Assembly: GCF_018350175.1 (NCBI RefSeq)
Contig: NC_058368.1
Location: 168,022,001-168,086,000 of the forward strand
Length of the DNA: 64,000 nt
Direction of reading: 5' to 3'
Source of the DNA: Felis catus
Taxonomy: Eukaryota
In this document: piece by piece, positions 40,140-52,090 of the stretch
Layout of the letters: every line of letters begins with the position of its first letter
How positions within the stretch are numbered: position 1 is the stretch's first letter
Notes under the pieces: model-generated
The model's input: the letters and a program-made list of their open reading frames with translations, nothing else
What the model was told of the DNA's origin: nothing
Databases searched by the model: none
Translations under genes and position numbers: made by a program

Positions 40140-41344
40140 CAAATGACATATTGGATAAAGGGTTAGTATCCAAAATCTATAAAGAACTCACCAAACTCCA
40201 CACCCAAAAAACAAATAATCCAGTGAAGAAATGGGCAGAAAATATTTCTCTAAAGAAGACATCCAGATGGCCAACAGGCACATGAAAAGATGCTCAATGT
40301 CACTCCTCATCAGGGAAATACAAATCAAAACCACACCGAGATACCACCTCATGCTGGTCAGAGTGGCTAAAATGAACAAATCAGGAGACTATAGATGCTG
40401 GCGAGGATGTGAAGAAACGGGAACCCTCTTGCACTGTTGGTGGGAATGCAAACTGGTGCAGCCACTCTGGAAAACAGTGTGGAGGTTCCTCAAAAAATTA
40501 AAAATAGATCCGCCCTATGACCCAGCAATAGCACTGCTAGGAATTTACCCAAGGGATACAGGAGTGCTGATGCATAGGGGCACTTGTATCCCAATATTTA
40601 TAGCAGCACTTTCAATAATAGCCAAATTATGGAAAGAGCCTACATGTCTACCAACTGACAAATGGATAAAGAAGATGTGGTTTATATATACAATGGAATA
40701 CTACTTGGCAATGAGAAAAAATGAAATCTAGCCATTTGTAGCAACGTGGATGGAACTGGAGAGTATTATGCTAAGTGAAATAAATAAGTCAGACAGAGGG
40801 GCGCCTGGGTGGCTCAGTCGGTTAAGCGGCCGACTTCGGCTCAGGTCATGATCTTGCGGTCCGTGAGTTCGAGCCCCGCGTCAGGCTCTGTGCTGACAGC
40901 TCAGAGCCTGAAGCCTGTTTCAGATTCTGTGTCTGCCTCGCCCTGACCCTCCCCGTTCATGCTTTGCCTCTCTCTGTCTCAAAAATAAATAAACATTAAA
41001 AAAAAAAATTAAAAAAAAATAAGTCAGACAGAGAAACACAGATACCATATGTTTTTACTCATGTGTGGACCCTGAGAAACTTAACAGAAGATCATGGGGA
41101 AGGGGGAGGGGGAAAAAGTTACAGAGGGGGGAAAAAGTTACAGAGAGGGAAGGAGGCAAACCATAAGAGACTCTTAAATACTGAGAACAAACTGAGGGTT
41201 GATGGGGGGTGGGAGAGAGGGGAAAGTGGATGATGGGCATTGAGGAGGGCACCTGTTGGGATGAGCACTGGATGTTGTATGGAAACCAATTTGACAATAA
41301 ATTATATTTTAAAAATAAACAAATAAATAAATAAATAAATAAAC
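40140..41344 (+). mobile_element. Sense 3' segment of the same L1_Fc-type element with (AAAT)n tail
   Basis: ORF 40231-40731 is the ORF2 C-terminus ([17 protein letters not shown]). It continues from where the inverted segment stops. Confidence 0.95.
40798..41016 (+). mobile_element. Young Can-SINE nested in L1
   Basis: CpG-rich. TSD aaataagtcagacagag at 40782-40798 and 41017-41033. Confidence 0.95.
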
Positions 41345-42489
41345 AAACATCGGTTTGTTTAGAAATTTTACTAAAATGGTCCTGGCTTGAAAAAAGATAG
41401 AACAAGAATTTTGAAATAAAGAGGACTGTGAATAAAATCTCCTTTGAAGGAATGTAGTGAACCAGAAAGAAAACAGAAAGAAGAAAGAGAAGTCCTAAAG
41501 TCAAGGAAGCACACAGTGTGGGAGGTGGGAAGGCCTGCAGCCGGACAGCAATAAAATGACTCCAGAAGGCAGCTCTATGAGAAAGACGGGGAAGCAAAAT
41601 AGGAAGCAAGTGAGAACTAAGCCAGATCATGAGAGATTACCAGCAAGCCGCAAGGGGGTAAAGAATATCAGCAATTCGACTAGGTAATTAACAACAGTAG
41701 AAGAGGTTAAAATAAAGAATAAGGGATGAAGGATGCATAACGCCATTTTACAGAAGAAGTTATGGGCACAAAAAAATCTCATCACTCTGTTCAAGCAGCT
41801 TAGAGAGATCCATCCTGCAATGAACACCCAGGTTTTTCATTTCCAGTTAGGCCAACAACCCTGAATCCTTAGCTTCAGCAAGGCTGAGACACTTACTCTT
41901 TCACATATTTCATCATGTATGAGACTCTACAACCCCAAAAAGAGAAGGGACACATACAAAAATCATGAGGTAGATCAAAACAATTTTAAAAATCATACTT
42001 TTGTTAGGGTTAGGAATGTTTTGTTTGATAGTTAGGGTGTCTGAAACATTTAAGGGATTCTGACATCTTAGGAAAGCTGTCATTTTAGGCTTGTGACTTT
42101 TATTTAAAATACTTAAGAGAAGTTGACTAATGGTAAACTTGAGATTTTCATTAGAAATATTTAAGGATAGTTTGACTAAGTTTATACACAGTGTTTGAAA
42201 AACTAATTGACTGACATATACGTTAAGCTTTCAATTTGTAAATTGTATTTAAGGGCTCAGGAAGATTTCTGGAAGATCTCTAAGGCTATCTTGCTAGAAG
42301 TTTAAAATGCTTGAGAAAATTAAGTATATTAGAGGTTAAAGTTTGAAATGTTTACAGGAATTTAATTAATCAAGTTTAAAAATGGTGTAAAATGTTTAGA
42401 ATTTGTCAAACTTATAAGCTAATTAATTGATCATTAATCAAGGAACACATGAAAGTGAGTATTTAAATCTAAACTAAAATTACTAAGTT

Positions 42490-42607
42490 TTCTTTTTTTT
42501 AGTAAGTCTTATTTATTTAAGTAGCTCTATACCCAACGTGGGGTTTGAACTCATGACCCCGAGATCAAGAGTCATAAGTTCTTCCAAGTGAGCCAGGTAG
42601 GCACCCC
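42490..42607 (-). mobile_element. Short Can-SINE (head and tail only, old type)
   Basis: TSD taaaattactaa at 42475-42486 and 42608-42619. Confidence 0.85.
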
Positions 42608-42635
42608 TAAAATTACTAAATTTTAAAATGACAAG

Positions 42636-42863
42636 ATTAAAAAAAATTTTTAACGTTTATTTATTTTTGAGAGACAGAGACAGAGAGACAGAGTGTGAGT
42701 GGGGGAAGGGGCAGAGAGAGAGGGAGACACAGAATCTGAAGCAGGCTCCAGCCTCTGAGCTATCAGCACAGAGACCGACACAGGGGCTTGAACTCATGGA
42801 CCACGGAGATCATGACCTGAGCCAAAGTCAGACGCTTAACTGACTGAGCCACCCAGGCACCCC
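42636..42863 (-). mobile_element. Can-SINE
   Basis: TSD taaaatgacaag at 42624-42635 and 42864-42875. Confidence 0.93.
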
Positions 42864-43129
42864 TAAAATGACAAGGTGTTTAAATTGAGCTTAAAGGCTT
42901 ATAAAACTTAAGATTTCAAACTTAAAAAAATGAATAATAATTAAAAATGCAAGGAATATGAGTTTTCCTTTCAAATATAAGAGACTCTAAAAGATTAAAA
43001 GCCCAAATGACTGTATGAAGATGACATTAATTTCCCCAATCAAGCGATAAGCATTTTTTTCAATACCTTGAGATATCAATACTTAATGCATGAAGAGAAA
43101 GGCCTGTTGCTTAAAATGAGAAAAGCTCA

Positions 43130-43337
43130 GGGGGCACCTGAGTGGCTCAGTTGGTTAAGTGTCTGCAGCTCAGGTCATGATCTCACAGTTCATGGGTTCA
43201 AGCCCCGTGTTAGTCTCTGTGCTGACAGCTCAGAGCCTAGAGCCTGCTTCAAATTCTGTGTCTCCCTCTCTCTGTGCCCCCTCCCCCACTCACTCTCTAT
43301 CTCTCTCTCAAAAATAAACATTTTTTAAAAAAAGAAA
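43130..43337 (+). mobile_element. Can-SINE
   Basis: aagctcagg on both flanks. Confidence 0.92.
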
Positions 43338-43739
43338 GAGAAGCTCAGGAAGAAGCTATCAACTGTCTCCCTTCCCCTAGAAATTTCTAGTGTACATTCT
43401 TAAAGGTTTTAAGAAGTCCTGGAATAAAGTAATGTTTCACTTTTGCTTTTTTCAACGTGAAAGTTCATTTAATGCATTTTAACATCTTGCAGAATTGCAG
43501 AAGGTGCTCCACGGAACAGAGTTTGGGAAACCCTATACTAGATAGTTGTGAAAAACTCCTTCAAGGATTCTTTGTCAGAATACTGGAACCATAAGGAATC
43601 AAAGAGCAGTTATAGGAGATCAAGGTTTCCATTATTTGGTACTATCACACAACAGTTGGCAGGTAGGTTGCCTTAATGAAATGGGATAATGTTCATATAT
43701 TTATTGTCAGGGTCCACAACCAGTGTTTGTGCTTTCCTG

Positions 43740-44630
43740 AGTATTATACATGAGCCTTCTCTTTTCTTTAAGCCCCATCCATATGCTTGATTTTCATTAT
43801 CATCTACATCTTGGTGGCTTCAAAATCTTTATCGTCAGTTTGACTTCCATCTTTGGATTGGGATGAAACTTTTTAGGTATTCCTAAGGGACATCTCTAGT
43901 CCCTCAAGCCTTCATATCACTAAGACTTGGAACACTCGTAATGACTCTCAAATTTATCCTTTCCTTTCCATTCTGCTTTTTACTACTGATGTTCAGGATG
44001 TCTACAATTTCTCCTGGACCTCGGCAATAGTCTTCTATCACGTCTCCCTGCTTCTGACTGCCCTCTAATCTACTTTATAGAACTCTTTGGCTTTTTGGTA
44101 CATTCAATGCCTCCCCATAATCTATACACAATAATTTTTTAAATTCTCAGTATGATACCACTATCCCTCATGCTCTGTCTCCTGTTTACCTACTTAGACT
44201 TTCCTCTCATTATGACCGCCACACATAACCCTGTGTTCTGGACACTTGCAACTTCTTATACTCCCTAGTATCTGCCATGTCCCTCCAAATCTCTAAATGT
44301 TTTCACAGGAGGCTTTCTCTGTTTGGAGTGCCCTTACTATTATTCCTTCTTCCAAAAAACTCCTACCTCATTCATTAAGACTCAAGTGAAATGTCTCCTC
44401 CTCAGGGAGCCTCCCCTGCCCTTTGCATACTTCCCAGTCTGGGCTAATTCACTGCACTTTATTCAAATATGTAAAAGGCACTCATTTCAAACTGCTGCAA
44501 TTATTTGCTTTACATCACTTCCTTGCCCACTAAGACTGAGGTGGCATGGATTATTTTCTAGGTATTTAAAATATGTTTTTAATTATCTAGTACACTACCT
44601 ACATTGAGTCAGTATCTCTAAAACAAGTTT
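43740..44630 (+). mobile_element. Highly degenerate L2
   Basis: Pyrimidine-rich L2-like motifs (tcctacctcattcattaagactcaagtgaaatgtctcctcctcagggagcct). Confidence 0.55.
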
Positions 44631-47600
44631 TTAAAATCCTAAGTTTGCAATGTGATCATTTCCTTCTTTGCCTTGTTCTAATAACCCTCTTCGAAACTCG
44701 AGCAGAAATCCTTACCTCCCATCCTCCATCTATTCCCTCAACTGATTTTCTTTCCTTCCCTTCTAGTCCTTTCCCCTCCCCTCTCTTCTCTTTTCTTTTC
44801 TTTTCTTTTCTTTTCCTGGCCAATAATAAATCGTAAATGTCTCCTTCTGTCTTCTACAACTAAAGCACAAAATATACTAAAGTTTCAAATACCTTAGTTT
44901 TCATGTGGGTCTCTCTTGGTCAGAAATCCTTATGCCTGAAGGATATGAGAATCTGGAGGTCCTGTGCTGACTCTGCAGACAGTGTCAGAGACCTCAGTCT
45001 CTCTTCCCTTAAGGAGAAAACTGATTCAATTCAACAAATATTTACTGAACAACCACTAAGTAGAAGTTACTCTTAGGAGAGATGCAGCTCCAGCTAAGAA
45101 GACACAATTTACCCTACCGGCCAAAAACTACTCATGACAGCTAGCCTTCCATTCTTTTGGACCCTACTGAAATATTCTAGGACTTCTAGTAAAATTTACT
45201 ATCTACAAGAAACCTTTCCTAGTCACCTTCTCTCTGTGATGTGTCCTTTGTGTTTAAATATAACTTAGGAATTTGGTTAGATCACAGTATGTACGATTTG
45301 ATTCATTCATATGTTTTCTTCCATTCATTTCTCAATTTCTCTGTATCTCTAGGTTTTTCTTGCCTCAGGAACAGAAACATTGTTTCCTGTTATATTTTTG
45401 TTGTCACAGATAGAACCTAGTATAGTGCTCTGCATACATTATAAACTCAAAGAACACATGTGTTCTAAAAGGCAATATTCCAGGATTATGATTTTCATGT
45501 ATTAATATCGTTCATCTAACAACTCACTGGGTTAACATCCCTTTTGTTAATCAAGTTACTATAAAGTCAGGCTCAGATAAAAGCAAAAGATGTCCATACC
45601 TTATTAAAAATACAAATAAATGTGAAAGAATGTGACATTCCAATAGCCTCTTATCACTCTTGTTAAGTGCTCAGGGTGAGGACTGAGCAGGGTCAGATGG
45701 GAAGCTCCTACCTGACCCTGGCATGGATAATCATGTCCTGAGGTTGTGCAAGGGGAATGCCACTAGTCCCAAGTCAACAAGCTCATTCTATTCATAGCCT
45801 GGAATAAATTAGGCACTTCAGGGAATGGAAACTGCTATTCTCCCCAGGAGGAACCAGGGCTATATGAGCAGGTCAGAGTACCTGCCTTGGGCATGTCAGG
45901 TGCCCAGCCAGCTGTGAAGTTCTTCCTAGCCTTGCTCAGTTGGAAGCAGCATAATAGGGCCCATTGTTAACACTGTGAAAATCAGGAGCCTCAACTTTGG
46001 AAAGAATGTGTTTTCCATCTCTCCAAAACTCAATGAAGAAAGTTCTGGAATGTAGACCTTAAGGATTAATAAAATTGTAGCATTCATATTTTTGCCAGAA
46101 AATTAAATAAGTACATCTAGTACTCTAATGAGGAGTTGGCTGTATAGTAACTTGTTAACACGCATTAGATATTTTGCAGAAGTTTCTATGTAATGAGAAT
46201 ACAAGCCAGTATGGTTGACTCATTTTGATATTTATTTGTCCCCTTACATCATAACAAGAACAGCAATTCCTGATCATTTCTCCACATTTTCAAATAATTC
46301 CAGAGAACCAGATTTTAAAAAGATTACCCTGTGTAGATTTCCGTGGTATAGAACTTTACAAAATAGAGAAGGTGGCTGTGGAAATAGTGGTATCTGATGA
46401 GCCATCCACTGGCTCCAGGGCACTGCCTGATCAGGCCCTGGCATTAGCCTTGCTCCATATGGTGCATTCACCATTGAAATGCTATAGTGTTAACATATGC
46501 TGCATTTGTGCTATTCGTGTTGCCTTTACAATTAACATTCATCTACCCTTCATCCCATTCCAAAAGCAAGGTGCTAAAGAGAAACTGACTTGAGAGAAGT
46601 AACTTATCTTTACTAGGAGGAACACAAATTCCCTGTGGGGCCGAAAATTCCCCAATCCCAGCTCCTGGGCCTACTGGAACAAAGAGGATGGTCCACGGGC
46701 TAAATAAAACTATTTTAAATCAGGTAGCAGGAACCACTTATTCAAACTTGATGAAAACAGTGGCTCATGTCAAGATGGAAGTTCTATGAACAATCCCATT
46801 GTGGTTAATCTCCCCTTTGTAAGAGACACTGCATACAATATCTAAGGTATTTTATGGAAGAGAATAAAAAATCATTTGAACTACATAACACAGGTAAAGA
46901 AGAACTCAGTGACCTGAATATGTATCTGGATGTTATCAACAATTATGACCATGAAAAAAAAATGTGTTAGTTTAATTCTGACCCAAAACTTTCACTGATG
47001 TATCCTACAGCCTAGAATAGTTCAAATTTTAACTTGTTGATTGATTGAATGAATGGGTCTATCCTTACCACCATGATTATTATGTTCTTTGTATTAGTCA
47101 AAAGCTCAAAAGGATAAAGGGGTTTCAGATTTAGTCTGTCACTTTACATACTTTCCAAGTAAATAGGCTACAACATTAATAAAATTTTAATGTTTTTTGG
47201 CAATGGAATATATAAAGTGATAATAGATAGACACACATGTATACTCCCCACATAAACAAAGGCTTGACAAAAACAGAAAAGAAGAAAAGAAATATTTCTA
47301 ACTCATATGAATGAGGCTATGCATATTTTAATGTATAACTGTTCATTATACAAAAGGAAAAGGCTACATAAATCTAATGCATACAAAAATGTGGTTACAA
47401 TTTAAATGTTTTCTTCATGTTATTTTTAAAGTCCCTGAAAAGTAACACTTTATTACTACTACCCTTGGTATTATGATAATTCAGCCTAAACATTTTAAAT
47501 TATTTTGGATAAGTAATACTCTAATTCCATGCACTGGAAGAGAGTGGAATCAAATTAATAAATAGTAAAAACATCTGTGAAAGTATTAAAATACTATTTT

Positions 47601-47679
47601 CTAAATTACAAGCCAAATGTTGACACTATATTGGGCCTTCAGAACGAAAATACCAACAACAGCAACAGCAAACTCTTTT

Positions 47680-48015
47680 GAAGAACTTATTATGTACCGG
47701 ATAAGTAGTATCTATGCTATATATAATTTTTTATATAATTTGTATAACATAAAATAAAATACCAAGTTATATATAATACATATATATATGCATATGCATA
47801 TTCATACGCATGTACATGCATAAATATATATATTTGGTCCTCATAAAAATCCTATGAAGTATATACCATCATTTCCTCCATTTTAAACATGAGGAAACTG
47901 AAGCACACAGAGGTTAAGTAATTTGTTAATAAGTCACAAAGCTAATAAATAACAGAGCCAGTATTTAAGTTCAGACAGTCTGGCTCCTGAGTTCATAATA
48001 TAAATCACTACGCCG
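47680..48015 (-). mobile_element. MIR with an internal AT-rich low-complexity insert
   Basis: ccattttaaacatgaggaaactgaagcacacagaggttaagtaatttg is the reverse MIR core. Confidence 0.8.
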
Positions 48016-48319
48016 TATTTCACAAAGCAATGATTTTAATTTTGGGGGAAGGTATCATAAATTAAGTACATTGTTAGAATATGTAAAGTTAAATATTTGT
48101 AATATCTTCTAATAATTCCACTAATGAATTGCCCTTAAAATGTGGACCTAACCTTTATTACCACAAACAGGAGGTACACACATACAGGAGGCAAGAAACA
48201 AATAACCTCTAAGGACAAATATCTAAAACTAAAAAATCAACATTATAGGACTTTAGAACTATATGCCAATTTTGTATTCCTACAGAAACAAGGCCTTTGA
48301 GTAACATATACTCAAAGTC

Positions 48320-48600
48320 AGTGAGGCGAACGCAAATGACTCTCAATAGTGTCTGCTGCATTATTTGTCAGCAAAAGGCTTTACAGAAAATGCCCACGAG
48401 GAGCTGCTCAGAGAGCATTGCCCGGCTTCTTCCCGTGGTGTGTTCTCATTCCTACGGCATTTCGGAAAAGTACGTGCAAGAAGACAGCATGCTCCCACGG
48501 TTACCCCCTGATTATTGGTGGGGCTCACACATTCAATAGTCCAACATTTAGTTCACGAGAGCATCTGCTTTTGATACGGCCAACACACGACCTTAACCTG
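48320..48600. promoter_or_regulatory. Candidate enhancer or alternative promoter (local CpG retention in unique sequence)
   Basis: 12 CpGs between 48327 and 48589, outside any repeat I recognise, in an otherwise CpG-depleted window. Confidence 0.35.
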
Positions 48601-51600
48601 GGCTGAGGGATGCAAACATTATTATTTCTCATCTCTAGCCTGACTTTTACTCCTTATTCCTTAGCTGCATAGATTTCCTACTTTACCATGCTGGATCTTT
48701 TAGGAAAAGGGTGTTTTTGTGGTGATGCTGCTTGTACACGTATGTACTTGGTTGAGCTTTTTGCCTTTTTCTTTTTTTAATCGCCACCACACAGTTTTGG
48801 CAAAACCTTCCACAGGAAAGTCAAGATTCTGTAGGAATTACTCAAGTGTCTCTATTTTTAATATAGCTTTCTCTAAGGAGAAGTGCATTAGCCTGTTAAT
48901 TTCCCTCAGCCTCACCTCTTTATTCTCCTCTCCACAGGCAAAGCTCTGAAAAGTAACATCAAGCAACTTCAAGCAACTCTTAAAGTAATCGAAGGATGCT
49001 ACCTAAAGATTAGCAATTAAGTATGCACGCCAATTCCTAAAGATAAATCTTCAATATCACTGTGGGCATAGATACATTCTGCTACTATGTGTACATTTCC
49101 ATTTGATAACTTTAAGGTAAACAAATTACATCCTGGTGTTTTTGTATTATTGAATTCTTAGTAGAGACATATCATGAAGTCTTTCCCTTAGAGCTTACTT
49201 CCCAGAATAAAAGAAAAAAAAAATAGCTGTCTGAGTGAAAGCAAAGCCTAGTTTTCATCCTATTTCAACACACCTCAAACTGTCGCCTCGTTGTCGCCTT
49301 TCATTAGCTGATGCTCCCTATTCCCGTGTCTCTTCTATATACCAATAGAGAAAAAAAATACTGCAAAGCATGAGATTTCCTAGATTCTGCTCATGGGTAA
49401 AGGGGAAGCAAAACCAAGAAACTACACTCTGAAATGGTCAGTCAAAATCAATATCTTCATATACAAAACACATCACATTATTATTAGGAGAAGCCACTCA
49501 CAAAATGAAGAATTGCAATTTCCTATGTAACCTCAGGCTGTAAGTTTCTCGCCTGAGTCCCAATGACACAGCACCTACCTGCTAGTATTCTTTTTGAGAT
49601 TATATTAAAGGATGTACTAAGTTTGAGTCAGTGACTGCCAATTTATTTGGGGTAAAAAAAAAAATCACACTCCCGTTGTTGACATTACTAAACTGTCTTG
49701 ACAAGATGAGATAAACAGTGGATTTGCCTGTGCTTACTTTGTTCTATGGTTTTAAAGTTTTACCCAACTTCAAGTAAGTTCTACAAATTCATCTAAACCA
49801 TTGCAAATTTCAGGTCATCTGGAGGTTAAATTAAACTGATAAGAAGAAGAGGCATTCATATTCCTGGAATAAACATATACTAAGCATAGCAATTTCCTAA
49901 GGTAGGAAGTAGGTCGGAAAAGAACCAAAGTAAGTAATGAAAGAAAACTTAATTTTAGTTTCATTCATGCAAATTTCTAGGTCTCCGACCTTGGCATAGA
50001 TTCCTTAACTCCTTAGGCCTCAGTTTCTTCCTACGGAAGATAAAAAGGCTGGACCAGATAAACTCTATGGTACCTTAAATTTTTTAAACTTCAAATTTAA
50101 GCAAATTTATCAGCGTTTTAAAGAACAAACATAATTATAGGTATTTAAGCCCTGAAATGACTAAATTGGCCTATTACAAAAATATACAATACTACTGAAA
50201 ACATTTCACTTTGGCTTAAAATGTTATTCTACTTTAATAAGAGTGCTACCCAGCTAGTAAGCAAATACCTGTACATCGAAAATATTTTTACAGCAAGCAT
50301 AAACAGTTTGACAGTAATTTGTATCATTCTCACGGGAAAATAACTTCTCCAATCTCATCTTTCTAGTCTATGTAGCAGTGCCAATTTATAGGCATATAAA
50401 ATTCGAAATCTCTTCTGTGCATCAATTATAACTTACGCAGCTCCCTGAGCAGCATTTAAAAAGCAAAGAAGTGCAAACAATATTCTGCTTGCTGACATAG
50501 TAAAAAATTTAGCTAACATAGCTTTAGAACTTCACAATTTAACTGCAATCAAATATCCTCTTTTTGAGAAAGTAAAATGACTAGGGTAATACCGAAGTAG
50601 AAAACTCCATGTCCAACTAAACCATACCTGAAATTATCTAATTACCCAACGAAAAGGGCTATGGGTTGGATACCTGGTTAATAATACTTTTCCTTGTTAT
50701 CAAGGTACTAGAAGCCACAAAATCCTGCATTTTACTTTTAAAAAAGAATGCAATTAAAATCACAGATATAGCTATCTATGGAACATACAAGAAAAGAAAT
50801 TAATGCAACATAAAGAAGGGATCGTAATCACCGGAGACTTTCCTGCGTTTCTGCACATACTATTCACAGAGACAACAAGATAAATGTAAATAAAAATAAA
50901 CTAGACAAATTTGAAAGTTTCATGAAAGTTCCAGAAAAATCAATAAAATTAGATCAGAGTCAAAACTGAACAAAATGAGTAAGACCTAACATCAATTAGA
51001 ATATAAGTTAGACAGAAGTAAGAACTTCCTGAATGAGATATTCAAAATTTATATCTATGAGTAACTATAGGAATCTTTGAGGGGGGGGCGGTTAGCTAAT
51101 GGAATTCTATGAAACCTTTTAAAAATGGCAGGTAGTTTATCAACAGTGATAGCTTTGGTAGGCTATGTTAATGGATATTTTGGCAGACATTTGCATATAA
51201 TTTTTATGGTGTTACTAGAACTATTTTACAGTTTGTGTAGGGGAGCGAGGGGATTCTTTTTAAGTTAGATGAATTTCTGCTATTGTCATTCAAATAATAT
51301 CCAAACCCCAGAAGCAACCAGAAAACCTTTCCTTAGCTATACATGTTCTTCTATTTTCCTGAGAAATGTAACCAAGTGAAACACAACACCTGTATATTCT
51401 CATAGTCCAAAGGGCCCAAAGAGTCAACAAAAATTCTGAAAGCCCACAAGTGTAAAAATTCTATTTCTCAACTCCTTAATTTTAGATTGCTCTGATGGAA
51501 TGGAGCTTTTGAGAGTTTTCTCTAGAGCAATCATGTGCAGTTATGAGAGATGCAGAGGCAAGTAGTTTCTGGTCAGCTGTCGACCAGAGATAGTCCTAGG

Positions 51601-52011
51601 TTCCCTGCTAATAGCACATGGCTTAACTAAAATAGAGAGCATAATTTAGCCTCTAATTTGATCAGTTTAAAAATCAGGTAAGAAAAAAAAAAATGGGCCC
51701 TCGCCTAGAACCTGGCATTTGAGATATCAGCCCAAGGGCACATTTTCTTAAAAACTATTTTGGAGGTTTTGTAGGTAAAATTAGCTAAGGTTTACTCACT
51801 TCTCTCTCTTTTCATTTAAGATTCAGTTTCTTTTGTTAAACCATGAAGTATTTTTTTTAATTTATCTGCTAAAGTACTAAACCTGAAATTTTCATAATTC
51901 AAATCAGACTATTTTTACTTCAGATTAAAAATGAGTTTATTAACATTCTAGACAGTTAAGACCCTATGAGAAACTGCCAGTTTGTATTTTTATCATAGTT
52001 ATAATTTGTTT

Positions 52012-52039
52012 TACACACACACACACACGTGCGCGCACA

Positions 52040-52090
<51 letters not shown>
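52012..52090. repeat. (AC)n-(GC)-(GT)n self-complementary alternating purine-pyrimidine tract
   Basis: 79 nt of uninterrupted RY alternation. Arms 52013-52033 and 52040-52060 are perfect reverse complements. Confidence 0.95.

Noticed and set aside
41055..41630. 191-aa minus-strand ORF
   Set aside because: About half is the antisense of an L1 3' UTR and its (AAAT)n tail
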